Positions 16,105 through 25,916 of a stretch of DNA of 52,536 bases are shown here, one piece after another. The notes beneath the pieces are model-generated. The model ran no database searches. It was not told the DNA's origin and was given only the letters and a program-made list of their open reading frames with translations. Source of the stretch: an uncultured Bordetella sp. (GTDB lineage: Bacteria > Pseudomonadota > Gammaproteobacteria > Burkholderiales > Burkholderiaceae_E); contig CAZZKA010000001.1 in NCBI GenBank assembly GCA_964654745.1, positions 1 to 52,536 on the forward strand. The letters run 5' to 3'. The position numbers were made by a program, and so were the translations under genes. Each line of letters starts with the position of its first letter. Within the stretch, counting starts at the first letter, position 1.

Positions 16105-18711
16105 GTGTCAGATCGTCAACCGCTGCCGGATCGCGGACTGAGCTCGCGCGAGGCGGCAGAGCGGCTCACCCACGAGGGTCCAAACCTGCTCCCCGGTTCG
16201 GCGCCGCACAAGCTCACCGCACTCGCGCTGGAGGTGGTCGCCGAGCCGATGTTTCTGATGCTGCTTGGCGCGGGAGGCATCTATCTCGCGCTGGGAGATC
16301 CCGCCGAGGCGCTGTTCCTTCTCGCCTTCGTTGTGGCGGTGATCGCTCTGACGCTCGTGCAGCAGCGGCGCACGCAGCACGCCCTCGACTCATTACGCGA
16401 GCTCTCCGCGCCTCGCGCGATGATCGTACGCGACGGAGCGACCCAGCGGATTGCGGCAAGGGAGATCGTTAAAGGAGATGTCCTGATCCTCTGCGAGGGC
16501 GATCGGGTCGCCGCAGATGCGCGCCTGGTCCGCGGCGAGATCGGTCTCGATGAGTCGCTCCTGACCGGCGAATCAACCCCGGTCACGCGCAGGCCCGCAA
16601 CCCGCCCCGCGCCAGCAGGGACGGCCCCCTCTGACCCGCCGCCCGCTGCATCGAGCGCGGACGAAGTGGTCTCGGCGGGAACCGTCGTGACCCGCGGCTC
16701 AGCGCGCGCGATCGTTGTCGCCACGGGCCCTCAGACTGCTATGGGACGGATAGGAGCTGGCCTGGCCAACACCGTCGAGCCGATGTCGCCCCTACAGCGC
16801 ACCGCCAGACGCGTCATCCGCTGGCTCGGCCTGTCGGCGCTTGCGATCGCCAGCCTCCAAGTCCTCATCTCGTGGTGGGCTGGCCAGGCGTTGCTGCAAA
16901 GCCTTCTCGCCGGACTCGCGCTTGCGATGGCGATTCTTCCCGAAGAAATTCCGGTGATCCTCACAATTTTTCTGGCGCTCGGCGCGTGGCGAATCGCCCG
17001 CCGCGACGTTCTCACCCGACGGATCAGTGCGGTTGAGGCGCTTGGTGCCATCACCGTACTCGCCGTCGACAAGACCGGCACGCTCACCGAGAACAGAATG
17101 GCGGTCGCGACATTGTGGACACTCGAACGGCGGGTCGATCTGTGCGACGGGGCCTTACCGGATGAACATTTCAAGCGGCTGATCGAGTCCGCAATGCTGG
17201 CAAGCCGCGATGAGCTCTTCGATCCAACCGAGCGCGCGCTGCATAACCTCGCCGTTATTGCCATGCCGGGCAGCGCTGCGCTTCGCTCCGCGCTGTCGCC
17301 GCTGACCGAATTCCCGCTGACGAGTTCATTTCCCGCGATGACCAGGGTCTACCGAAGTGCGCAGGACGGCGATCTGCTGTTTCATTCGAAGGGCGCCCCG
17401 GAGACGATGGCAGAGCTTTGCGGTCTCGACGAAACGAGCCGCGCCCTGATTCACGCGCGGGTTGAAACCCTCGCAGCCGCCGGTCTGCGAGTCCTCGCCG
17501 TCGCCCGCGGTCGCCAAAGCGCCGACACGGCGGTACCGTCGGACCACAGGCTTCCCCAGGCGGAATTCCTCGGGCTTGTCGGGCTCGCCGATCCCCCGCG
17601 CGACGCCGTGAGTGCAGCCCTCGCGCGCTGCCGCGCCGCTGGCGTACGCGTGATCATGATGACCGGGGACCACCGGGCCACTGCGCGCGCGATTGCGCGT
17701 AAGGTGGGTTTGAGCGATCGGGACGGGGTGGTTGACGGCTCGGCGGTCGACGCAATGAGCAAGGAGGAACTCGCCCAACATCTGCGCTCGGCGGACATCT
17801 GGGCGCGGCTGCGGCCGGAGCACAAGCTGCGGCTGGTTCAGGCGCTGCAGCAAGCCGGCGATATCGTCGCGATGACAGGAGACGGTGTCAATGATGCCCC
17901 CGCCCTCAAAGCCGCCGACGTCGGCATAGCGATGGGCGCCCGCGGGACCGATGTCGCCCGAGAAGCGGCGGCGCTGGTCCTGCTTGACGACCGCTTCACA
18001 AGCATCGTCGAGGCCATTGCCCAGGGCCGCAGCATCTATGACAACATCACCCGCGCGATACGGTTCGCCTGCGCGGTCCACGTTCCCATCATCGGTCTCG
18101 CTCTGGGCGCTTCCCTGCTCGGCTGGCCCACGCTGCTATCACCGGCTCAGATCGTCCTGCTCGAGCTCCTGATCGACCCCGCCTGCGCCATCGTTTTCGA
18201 GGCCGAGCCGCAAGCCGAAACGCTGATGCGGCGGCCCCCCCGCAAGGTCGAGGCTTCCCCCTTTGATCGGTCCTCGTGGCTAGCGGCGGGGCTGCAGGGC
18301 GCCGGTCTCTGCGCCCTGCTCCTGGGCGCAGCCGGCGTGTTGATGTCGCACGGCTGGCCCGTCGCCGAAGTTCGTACCGTGGCCTTCGGCGGGCTGGTCT
18401 TGTCGGTGGTGATGCTGATCGTAGCCAACCGATCCTTTCCCTCTGCCACCGAGGCGGGACATGCTGCGGCTAACCCGTGGCTGTGGCCCGTTTGCGCGGG
18501 CGTACCTGGGCTGCTCATGCTGACGATGAGCGTCGACGGCCTTGCGGCATTGCTCGGAATCGCCCCGCTCAGCGCAAAGACTTTTGCAGCCCTGCTCTTA
18601 GTGGCGCTCGCCGGCGGGATGTGGCTTACGCCACTGCGGTATCTGCAAAGGCGTCAAGAACTGAGCACTGATCGCATCAACTCCGCATCGCGGCAGGAGC
18701 GCTCTGCCTGA
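16105..18711 (+). CDS. Cation-translocating P-type ATPase (HAD-IC superfamily, P2-like)
   Basis: Motifs seen: LTGESTPV, phosphorylation site AVDKTGTLTENRM, MMTGDH, hinge TGDGVNDAPALKAADVGIAMG, TM4 LPEEIPV, and N-terminal GLSSREAAERLTHEGPNLLP (Cation_ATPase_N type). The track ORF extends to a TTG at 15943. I prefer the GTG at 16105, but the start is uncertain. Confidence 0.9.
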   Translation: MSDRQPLPDRGLSSREAAERLTHEGPNLLPGSAPHKLTALALEVVAEPMFLMLLGAGGIYLALGDPAEALFLLAFVVAVIALTLVQQRRTQHALDSLRELSAPRAMIVRDGATQRIAAREIVKGDVLILCEGDRVAADARLVRGEIGLDESLLTGESTPVTRRPATRPAPAGTAPSDPPPAASSADEVVSAGTVVTRGSARAIVVATGPQTAMGRIGAGLANTVEPMSPLQRTARRVIRWLGLSALAIASLQVLISWWAGQALLQSLLAGLALAMAILPEEIPVILTIFLALGAWRIARRDVLTRRISAVEALGAITVLAVDKTGTLTENRMAVATLWTLERRVDLCDGALPDEHFKRLIESAMLASRDELFDPTERALHNLAVIAMPGSAALRSALSPLTEFPLTSSFPAMTRVYRSAQDGDLLFHSKGAPETMAELCGLDETSRALIHARVETLAAAGLRVLAVARGRQSADTAVPSDHRLPQAEFLGLVGLADPPRDAVSAALARCRAAGVRVIMMTGDHRATARAIARKVGLSDRDGVVDGSAVDAMSKEELAQHLRSADIWARLRPEHKLRLVQALQQAGDIVAMTGDGVNDAPALKAADVGIAMGARGTDVAREAAALVLLDDRFTSIVEAIAQGRSIYDNITRAIRFACAVHVPIIGLALGASLLGWPTLLSPAQIVLLELLIDPACAIVFEAEPQAETLMRRPPRKVEASPFDRSSWLAAGLQGAGLCALLLGAAGVLMSHGWPVAEVRTVAFGGLVLSVVMLIVANRSFPSATEAGHAAANPWLWPVCAGVPGLLMLTMSVDGLAALLGIAPLSAKTFAALLLVALAGGMWLTPLRYLQRRQELSTDRINSASRQERSA

Positions 18712-18819
18712 GTCGGTTTTGCAGATGGCACCCCGGCGCTCAACACGGCCCGCTTAACAGCGCGCCCGCCGTGGGATAGAGTCCAAGCTCCTGATCGCGC
18801 CATCTCATCGGAGTTTCCA

Positions 18820-19779
18820 ATGCTGCGCGCATTCTTCATCTTTGCCGCGAGCCTCGCTATCGGCTCGGCGGCCACCGCTCAGAACTACCCGAACAAGCCG
18901 GTGCGAATCGTCGTTCCGGCCTCGGCCGGAGGCACGGTCGACCTGCTCACTCGCGCAGTGGCGCTGAAACTCACCGATCTGCTCGGTCAGCCGACCGTGA
19001 TCGAAAACCGGGCCGGCGCCACGACCAGCATCGCCGAGGAATATGTCGTCCGCCAACCTGCCGACGGCTACACCCTCATGATGTCGGGTATCACGCTTGC
19101 CACGCAGCCCTTCATGCGGGCCAACCTGCCCTACGATCCGCAGCGCGATTTGGCGATGATCTCGCTCGTTGCAGTCTCAGGTAACGTGATCGTCGTCAAT
19201 CCCAATCTGGCGGCGACAACGGTGCAGGAACTTGTAGCGCTTGCACGCAGCAGCCCGCGTCCCCTCCTCTACGGGACCGCCGCCTTCGGTGCGACGGGGC
19301 ACCTTGCCGCGGAGATGTTCAACCTGATGGCGGGTACTCGCCTCTCGCAGGTCCCATACAAGGGCGCAGCCCCGGCGCTCAACGATCTGATCGCCGGTCA
19401 GATCGATATGACTTTCGACAATATTCCGGCCGCCATCCAGCACATCCGGTCTGGCCGCGTTCGCGCCATCGCGGTCACCTCCGCCAAGCGAGACCGTCAA
19501 CTGCCAGATGTCCCGACGATCGCTGAATCCGGGATCACCGGCTACGAAATCGTCGCCTGGTTTGGTCTGGTCGCACCTGCGGGTACGCCACAGGCCATCA
19601 TCAACCGGCTGCACGCCGAAACGGTCCGAGCCCTGAAGGATCCGGGCGTTCTCGACCGGCTTGAAAAACTCGGCTTCGAAGCGGTCGGCAACAATCCGGG
19701 TGAGTTCGCAGCCTTCGTCAAGGCGCAGGCAGATACGCTCGGCCAGGTCATACGCAGCGCCGGCATCAAGCCGCAGTGA
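18820..19779 (+). CDS. Bug/TctC-family (tripartite tricarboxylate transporter) periplasmic substrate-binding protein
   Basis: Signal peptide then NYPNKPVRIVVPASAGGTVDLLTR...LGQPTVIENRAGA...PADGYTLMM...VPYKGAAPALNDLIAGQIDM...LPDVPTIAESG...WFGLVAPAGTP. These are the hallmark Bug motifs. Confidence 0.92.
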   Translation: MLRAFFIFAASLAIGSAATAQNYPNKPVRIVVPASAGGTVDLLTRAVALKLTDLLGQPTVIENRAGATTSIAEEYVVRQPADGYTLMMSGITLATQPFMRANLPYDPQRDLAMISLVAVSGNVIVVNPNLAATTVQELVALARSSPRPLLYGTAAFGATGHLAAEMFNLMAGTRLSQVPYKGAAPALNDLIAGQIDMTFDNIPAAIQHIRSGRVRAIAVTSAKRDRQLPDVPTIAESGITGYEIVAWFGLVAPAGTPQAIINRLHAETVRALKDPGVLDRLEKLGFEAVGNNPGEFAAFVKAQADTLGQVIRSAGIKPQ

Positions 19780-20627
19780 GCTTACCTGCAGTGGCTGGGG
19801 CCGGGCTCGACCGTAGCCCGTTACCGCAGACTACGCGGCTTGCCGATGCGCCGCAGCCGCAAAAGCCTGTCCTGGTACTCGACCAGGTGAGCGTGCGCTT
19901 TGGCGGCATCAAAGCGCTTGATGCTCTGAGCCTCTCGGTCGCGCCCGGGGAGATATGCGCGCTGATAGGCCCCAACGGGGCTGGCAAAACAACAATCTTC
20001 AACGCGGTGAGCGGGCTCTGCGCGATCGAGTCCGGCGAGATCCGATTCGCCGAGCAGACGCTGACACACTGGGCGCCACATCAAGCTGCGCGGCTCGGCA
20101 TCGCGAGGACTTTTCAAAATCTTGCGCTGTTTGAATCGCAGACGGTGCTGTTCAACGTGCTGTCCGGAATGCATGCAGTCATGCGTTGCGGCTTGCTCGC
20201 CCACGCGCTAAAGCGGCGCCTTGCCGCACGGGAAGAGGCTGCCGCTCTGGATCGCGCCTGGGCGTTGATCGAATCGCTGGGCCTAGAGGCGCTTGCCAGG
20301 CGCCAGGTCAGTGAGCTATCGCTCGGCCTGCGCAAGCGCACGGAACTCGCGAGGGCGCTCGCCTCAGAGCCCCGACTGCTCATGCTCGATGAACCTGCTG
20401 CCGGCCTCACCCTGGCCGAACAGGACGATCTTGCAACGCTGCTTGTGCGCTTGCGCAGGGACCGAGACCTCACCATCCTGCTGGTCGAGCACAAGATGCG
20501 CTGGATGCAGACTGTCTGTGAGCGAGCGGTCGCGCTCGATTTTGGCCGAACGATCGCCGACGGAACGCCCGCTGCGGTGAGCGCGCATCCGAACGTCGTT
20601 GCTGCATGGTTGGGACGGCGCGCTTGA
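19776..20627 (+). CDS. ABC transporter ATP-binding protein, LivG-like (HAAT family)
   Basis: Walker A GPNGAGKTT, signature LSLGLRKR, Walker B LLMLDEPAAGL, C-terminal ...AAWLG. The GTG start overlaps the upstream Bug stop (GTGA at 19776-19779). An alternative GTG lies at 19791. Confidence 0.88.
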   Translation: MSLPAVAGAGLDRSPLPQTTRLADAPQPQKPVLVLDQVSVRFGGIKALDALSLSVAPGEICALIGPNGAGKTTIFNAVSGLCAIESGEIRFAEQTLTHWAPHQAARLGIARTFQNLALFESQTVLFNVLSGMHAVMRCGLLAHALKRRLAAREEAAALDRAWALIESLGLEALARRQVSELSLGLRKRTELARALASEPRLLMLDEPAAGLTLAEQDDLATLLVRLRRDRDLTILLVEHKMRWMQTVCERAVALDFGRTIADGTPAAVSAHPNVVAAWLGRRA

Positions 20628-21397
20628 AGAACGATTTTGTTTTGCAAGGCGCTCGCGCGCCGGCGGCCAGGGCCGGGCCTGAGCCACCTGCAGCGCTTGT
20701 CGATGTGCGGGGGTTGCGGGCCGGCTACGGCGGGGCCGATGTGCTGCGCGATGTGACCTTCACCCTTTCCCGGTCAGGCACTGCGGCCGTGCTCGGTGCA
20801 AACGGCGCAGGCAAAACCACGCTGCTGCGTGCGCTCTGCGGAATGATCGCTGCGAATGGGTCGGTGACCCTCGACGGCGAGCCGCTGATCGGGCTCACCA
20901 CCGAGCAGATTGCTGCGCGCGGCGTCGCACATGTTCCGGAGGGTCGGGGAACATTTGCCCAACTCACGGTCGAGGAGAACCTGCGTCTGGGCGCATGGCT
21001 GTTGCCCAATCGCCGGGCGGCACTTGCCGAGCGCGAGCGTTTGCTAGAGTACTTTCCTCGGCTGCGGGAGCGGTTCGCCCAGCAGGCCGGAACCTTGTCG
21101 GGTGGCGAGCAGCAGATGCTCGCCATCGCGCGCGCGCTGCAGTCGCGCCCGAGGCTGTTACTTCTGGATGAACCCTCTTTCGGCCTCGCCCCCGCGATGG
21201 TGTCCGAGGTGTTTGAGCTACTGGCAAAACTCCGGGCCGAATACGGGCTCGCCATGCTGCTCGTTGAGCAGCACGTCTCGCTCGCACTCGAGCTGGCCGA
21301 TCGCCTCTTTATCCTGGAGGACGCACGTCTTGAACCCGTTCAGCAAGACGCCTCGGCGCTCGAACCCGCCCTGCGAGGCGCCTACCTGGGCCGCTGA
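20606..21397 (+). CDS. ABC transporter ATP-binding protein, LivF-like (HAAT family)
   Basis: GANGAGKTTLLRALCG, LSGGEQQMLAIARAL, LLLLDEPSFGLAP, C-terminal RGAYLGR. It overlaps the upstream gene by 22 nt. Confidence 0.88.
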   Translation: MVGTARLKNDFVLQGARAPAARAGPEPPAALVDVRGLRAGYGGADVLRDVTFTLSRSGTAAVLGANGAGKTTLLRALCGMIAANGSVTLDGEPLIGLTTEQIAARGVAHVPEGRGTFAQLTVEENLRLGAWLLPNRRAALAERERLLEYFPRLRERFAQQAGTLSGGEQQMLAIARALQSRPRLLLLDEPSFGLAPAMVSEVFELLAKLRAEYGLAMLLVEQHVSLALELADRLFILEDARLEPVQQDASALEPALRGAYLGR

Positions 21398-21408
21398 CGC
21401 GTATCGGT

Positions 21409-22281
21409 ATGGAAATCTTTCTCCATCAGTGCGCAGCCGGCCTCGTGGCCGGTGCCATCTACGCGAGCCTTGCTGTCGCGCTGGTGATGATCTGGCGCAG
21501 CACCCACCACCTCAACTTCGCGCAAGGCGAGATGGCGATGTTCTCGACCTACGTCGCGCTTGCCCTGATCGAGGCCGGTCTCGGGTACTGGAGTGCCTTC
21601 GCATTGACGGTCGCACTGTCGGCCCTCGCTGCCATGGCACTTCAGGTCATCGTGGTGGCGCCCGCGGCGCGGGCCTCGCCGCTCGCCTCAGTGACGGTCT
21701 TTATCGCGCTGCTGTGCGTTTTCCACAGCGTCGCATCCTGGTGGTTCTCGCCGGTGCTGCGCGAGTTTCCGAGCCCGTTCGCACGCGCGGGCATGCTGAG
21801 CTCGCCCTATCTGTCAGCCCACGCCGTCGGCACCGTCGCGGTCGTGCTTGTCGAACTGCTCGCGGTCTGGTTTTTTTTCCGTTTCACCCGGACGGGTCTC
21901 GCGATGCGCGCGGTCGCACACAATCCGCAGTCCAGCCGTCTCCTCGGTATTCCGGTCGGGCGGATGCTGGCCCTAGGCTGGGGGTTGGCCGCCGCACTCG
22001 GTGCGGTGGCGGGAATGATGGTGGCTCCAACGGTCTATCTGGATCCGAACATGATGGGAGGCGTTCTGCTCTATGGCTTTGCTGCTGCCCTGTTGGGGGG
22101 CATAGACAGCCCGTGGGGAGCGGCGGCCGGCGGCCTGATCGTCGGCCTGCTCGACTCGCTGGTGGGATCCTGGCTGATCGGTCCCGACCTGAAATTAAGC
22201 TTTGCGCTCGCGCTGATCGTAGCGGTACTGCTGCTTCGACCCGCAGGGCTGTTTGGCAATCCCACGAGCACGCGCGTGTGA
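21409..22281 (+). CDS. Branched-chain amino acid-type ABC permease, LivH-like
   Basis: Polytopic membrane protein with the LNFAQGEMAMFSTY motif typical of LivH. Confidence 0.85.
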   Translation: MEIFLHQCAAGLVAGAIYASLAVALVMIWRSTHHLNFAQGEMAMFSTYVALALIEAGLGYWSAFALTVALSALAAMALQVIVVAPAARASPLASVTVFIALLCVFHSVASWWFSPVLREFPSPFARAGMLSSPYLSAHAVGTVAVVLVELLAVWFFFRFTRTGLAMRAVAHNPQSSRLLGIPVGRMLALGWGLAAALGAVAGMMVAPTVYLDPNMMGGVLLYGFAAALLGGIDSPWGAAAGGLIVGLLDSLVGSWLIGPDLKLSFALALIVAVLLLRPAGLFGNPTSTRV

Positions 22282-22294
22282 GCAGGTTCGAGCG

Positions 22295-23251
22295 ATGACA
22301 GGGCTCGCCGGTGCCTCAGCGCCGCCCCGATCGCCCCTAGGCCTCATCCTGATCGCTGCGATCGGCTGTGCGCTAGCTCCGCTGCTCACCGACTATCGCC
22401 TGTTCCAGGCAACACAGGTGATGATCTTAGCCATCGCGCTGCTGGGTCTGAACCTCGTCACCGGTTGGTGCGGCCAGATTTCGCTGGGGCACGGCGCATT
22501 CTTTGGGCTCGGCTCGTATTGCAGCGCGATCCTCATGCTCCGATTCGGTTTGGCCGACTGGATGACCTTACCCATAGCGGCGTTTTTTTGCTTCGCTTCA
22601 GGCTGGCTGTTTGGACATCCGGCAGCGCGCCTTCAGGGGCTTCATCTCGCGCTCGCGAGCTTTGCACTGGCCGCCGCCCTGCCGCAATTATTGAAGCATC
22701 GATTCGCAGAACCCCTCACAGGCGGCACTGGCGGGCTGGCTCTGGAAGCCGCGCAAGCTCCAGCATGGTGGCCTGCGTCACCCGCGCTATGGCTCTACGC
22801 TCAGACGCTTGCCGTGCTGATCATCATGATCGCCCTTAGTGCACGCATTCTCGCCAGCCGACATGGCCGCGCGATGATTGCCGTCCGGGATCACGCGCTC
22901 GCAGCAGGCACGCTCGGGATCGACGCTGCGCGCACCAAGGTCACCGCCTTTGCGCTGAGCGCGATGTATGCCGGAATCGCCGGCGCGCTGAGCACATCGC
23001 TGGTACGGTTCGTGAGTCCCGACAGCTTCGACGTGTTCCTGTCGATTACGTTTCTGGTCGGCATCGTGATCGGCGGGCTGGCCTCCGTTTCCGGTAGCCT
23101 GATCGGCGCGCTCTTCATCCAGATCGTACCGCTCGCAGCCGAGCAGGTTTCCCGTGAGGTTTCCTGGGCGATCTACGGCGCCGTGCTGCTTCTATGCCTC
23201 TGGCTGATGCCGGGAGGGATCGTCGCGTTCTGGCGCAAACTCAGGCGATAG
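22295..23251 (+). CDS. Branched-chain amino acid-type ABC permease, LivM-like
   Basis: GQISLGHGAFFGLGSY motif and multiple TM segments. I prefer the ATG at 22295 over the track start at 22253. Confidence 0.85.
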   Translation: MTGLAGASAPPRSPLGLILIAAIGCALAPLLTDYRLFQATQVMILAIALLGLNLVTGWCGQISLGHGAFFGLGSYCSAILMLRFGLADWMTLPIAAFFCFASGWLFGHPAARLQGLHLALASFALAAALPQLLKHRFAEPLTGGTGGLALEAAQAPAWWPASPALWLYAQTLAVLIIMIALSARILASRHGRAMIAVRDHALAAGTLGIDAARTKVTAFALSAMYAGIAGALSTSLVRFVSPDSFDVFLSITFLVGIVIGGLASVSGSLIGALFIQIVPLAAEQVSREVSWAIYGAVLLLCLWLMPGGIVAFWRKLRR

Positions 23252-23267
23252 CACCGAGCAACGCGAA

Positions 23268-24275
23268 TCACTTGTCGAGCGTGATGCCGCCCTTGCGGAT
23301 GATCTCAGACCACTTCGCGATGTCGGCGGCCATGATGCGGCTCATTTCTTCGGGCGAGGGATCCTGCGGCTGGGCGCCAAGATCGATCAAACGCGTTCGA
23401 ACCGCCGGGTCGCGCAGAGCCACAGCAACATCAGCGTTCAGCCGATCGATGAATGGCCTCGCCATGCCGCGCGGCGCGATCAGCGCAAACCAGGCCGCCG
23501 ACTCGTAGGCGCCCAATCCGGCTTCGGCCGCGGTCGGAACATCGGGAAGCGCCGCGAGCCGGGTCTTCGAGGCGACGACGAGCGGCCTGACCTTGCCGCC
23601 TTGAATTGAACTCAACACATTAGGCAGGAGTTGAAAGCTCACCGGCACCCGTCCTGAAACCAGATCAGTGACAAGATTGCCGGTCACGCGGTACGGGACA
23701 TGCGTCATCCGGGCGCCGACCAGCTGCTCGAAAAACGCTCCGGCAAGGTGTTGGGAACTCCCGTTGCCGACCGAGCCGTAGCCGACATCCGGTGTCTTGC
23801 GGACGTAATCGATAAGCTGTGGCAGGCTTTCTATCGGCAGGGTCGTGCTGACAACAACGACATTGGGCAGTACCGCAAATACACCGATGGGCTGCAGATC
23901 CTTCTCGGGGTCGTAGCCGAGATCGGCGTTGAGGATCTTGTTCACCGCCAGCGGACCCGATGTGCTCATGCCGATGGTCAGGCCGTCCGGCTCGGCGCGG
24001 GCCACCGACTGCGTGCCGACGTTGCCGCCTGCAGCGGGGCGATTGAGGTAGACAAAGCTTCGGCCACTGTTGCCCGCTACCTTGTCGAGCAGCAGCCTGG
24101 TCACGACATCGCTCGCGCTGCCCGCGGAAAAAGGCACGATGACGCTGATCGGCTTACCGCCTCCAGCAGTCGACTGCGCACGGGCCGCGCCAGTCATCGC
24201 AATCGCCGCCACGGCGAGCACCGTACCCGCTGCAAGGGCAACTGAACGGCGAATCTCGGGCCTCGGGAATCGCAT
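23268..24275 (-). CDS. Bug/TctC-family substrate-binding protein
   Basis: MRFPRPEIRRSVALAAGTVLAVAAIAMTGAARAQ then KPISVIVPFSAGSASD...PDGLTIGM...HVPYRVTGNLVTDLVSGRVP...PDVPTAAEAG...WFALIAPRG. The ATG at 24275 has AGGAGA 6 nt upstream. The track ORF extension to 24365 is rejected. Confidence 0.9.
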   Translation of the reverse strand: MRFPRPEIRRSVALAAGTVLAVAAIAMTGAARAQSTAGGGKPISVIVPFSAGSASDVVTRLLLDKVAGNSGRSFVYLNRPAAGGNVGTQSVARAEPDGLTIGMSTSGPLAVNKILNADLGYDPEKDLQPIGVFAVLPNVVVVSTTLPIESLPQLIDYVRKTPDVGYGSVGNGSSQHLAGAFFEQLVGARMTHVPYRVTGNLVTDLVSGRVPVSFQLLPNVLSSIQGGKVRPLVVASKTRLAALPDVPTAAEAGLGAYESAAWFALIAPRGMARPFIDRLNADVAVALRDPAVRTRLIDLGAQPQDPSPEEMSRIMAADIAKWSEIIRKGGITLDK

Positions 24276-24377
24276 GGCCGTCTCCTCTTGATGGTCGTCG
24301 GAATATGAGGCACTCCGATCGTCGGGGCAAACCGCCAATCTACCTCGGTCTGCAGCACTCTGCATCCGGCAAGCCGC

Positions 24378-25673
24378 CTAGCCGATCCGTCCCGTGACCG
24401 ACCCGAACCGCTCGATCATCACGTCTTCGAGCGGCTTGCCATCGGAGGTGTGGGCGCCACCGCCGCGGACCCGATAGGCATCGGGCAGTCCGGGAGCGAC
24501 GGGTGCCTCGCCGGCCGCCAGCGCCCGCGCCTGCCCCAGCATCAGCCTGCGAAAGTGGACGATCGCCACATCGGTTGCAGTCAGGTGCTCGCGGCTGCGA
24601 TCGACCACCACGCCCTGGCTCTCCTGCGCCATCTGGTCCTGCTCGGCGATCCCGCGTACCCCGGTAAAGGACACATTGCGCTGTTCGTCTCGCGACAGCA
24701 GGTAGTCGTTGGACCGGTTACGCACCGGGACATAGCCCGGTCCCAGTTCGGCAAACTGCCCATACCCGCCCTGCGCATAGCGCGCCCGCTCCGCTTCGTC
24801 CAGGGGCCGATCCGGGTGCCAGGCATAGGTGTAGACCCAACATCGCGTATCGTCGATCGGCGTCCAGGTATACCCGTACAGAGTCTCGCCGGGCATCGCC
24901 GAAGGCGTAATCGAATGGGTCGGCAGCATGAACTGCGTCAGGCGCCAGTAGTGTTCGCCGGGATCCGCAGTACGAGCTCCGCCGATCAGAAAGCCGACGT
25001 CGTGGTCGATGATTTTGAAGCGTGGCATCGGGTCGTTGCGCAACCAGCGCAGCCTCGCAAGGTCCGCCGCGACAGCGGGATTGTCGTCGCGCAGCCGCGC
25101 GGGCGCGGGCATGTGGAGAAATGAGAAGTGCGCCGTGTCGAGAGCGCCCTCCATAGAATGCGTCCAGTTGCATTCGACCAGACGCTTGGTGACGAAGCGG
25201 TGCGCGGGCGGGACCAGACCAGCCTCAAGCTGCGGGACCCGTTCGGGCTGAGCGGACTGCGGCCCCAGATAGGCCCACACCATGCCGGCGAACTCGTTCG
25301 TCGGGTAAGCCTTAATCCGCATCCGGCCGTGATACGCCGCACCCGGTGGAACATTGGGCATGTCGACACAAGCCCCCGTGCGGTCGAACTTCCAGCCGTG
25401 GTAAATGCAGCGCAGGCCACCCTCTTCGTTGCGCCCGAAAAAAAGATCCGCGCCACGGTGGGCGCAGGCCCGCTCGAGGAGTCCGGTGCGGCCGGCCGAA
25501 TCGCGGAACAGCACCAGATCCTCGCCCATCACCCGGATACGCAACGGCGCACAGTCGGGATCGGGCAACTCATCGGAGAGCGCCACGGGATGCCAATAGC
25601 GCCGAAGATATTCACCCATCATCGTGCCGGCATCACTCGCCACGAGCAGTACGTTGTCCTGCGCTGACAGCAT
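24378..25673 (-). CDS. Rieske [2Fe-2S] non-heme iron oxygenase, alpha subunit (phthalate/vanillate-type family)
   Basis: Rieske ligands CAHRGADLFFGRNEEGGLRCIYHGWKF, N-terminal YLRRYWHPVALSDELP. The ATG at 25673 is preceded by GGGGAG. Confidence 0.88.
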   Translation of the reverse strand: MLSAQDNVLLVASDAGTMMGEYLRRYWHPVALSDELPDPDCAPLRIRVMGEDLVLFRDSAGRTGLLERACAHRGADLFFGRNEEGGLRCIYHGWKFDRTGACVDMPNVPPGAAYHGRMRIKAYPTNEFAGMVWAYLGPQSAQPERVPQLEAGLVPPAHRFVTKRLVECNWTHSMEGALDTAHFSFLHMPAPARLRDDNPAVAADLARLRWLRNDPMPRFKIIDHDVGFLIGGARTADPGEHYWRLTQFMLPTHSITPSAMPGETLYGYTWTPIDDTRCWVYTYAWHPDRPLDEAERARYAQGGYGQFAELGPGYVPVRNRSNDYLLSRDEQRNVSFTGVRGIAEQDQMAQESQGVVVDRSREHLTATDVAIVHFRRLMLGQARALAAGEAPVAPGLPDAYRVRGGGAHTSDGKPLEDVMIERFGSVTGRIG

Positions 25674-25916
25674 TGCAGTCTCCCCACGGCAGCGCGCCAC
25701 CCGGGGGCTCGGCCCTCGGTGGCACGCCGGTATTGCGTCGTTTCTCGATGACGGGATTCTAGATTACGGCGTCGGGCGCCTGCCCCTCAGCCATCCCTCG
25801 CACGGACCGCGCCGGCACGCATCCCTACCCCGCCCGCCCGCCTTCATCGCGCGCAGGCCGCCTCTCTCGTATGATTGCAAGACGCACAGACAAATAACAG
25901 CCTCAGGAGACCCCTC

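Noticed and set aside
25883-25900. Pho-box-like sequence (minus strand CTGTTAT-TTGT-CTGTGCG) just upstream of the phnD-like gene
   Set aside because: It is in the opposite orientation to phnD and only 17 nt from its ATG, overlapping the SD region. For the divergent oxygenase it would be about 210 nt upstream. The second half-site is weak, so I did not call it.
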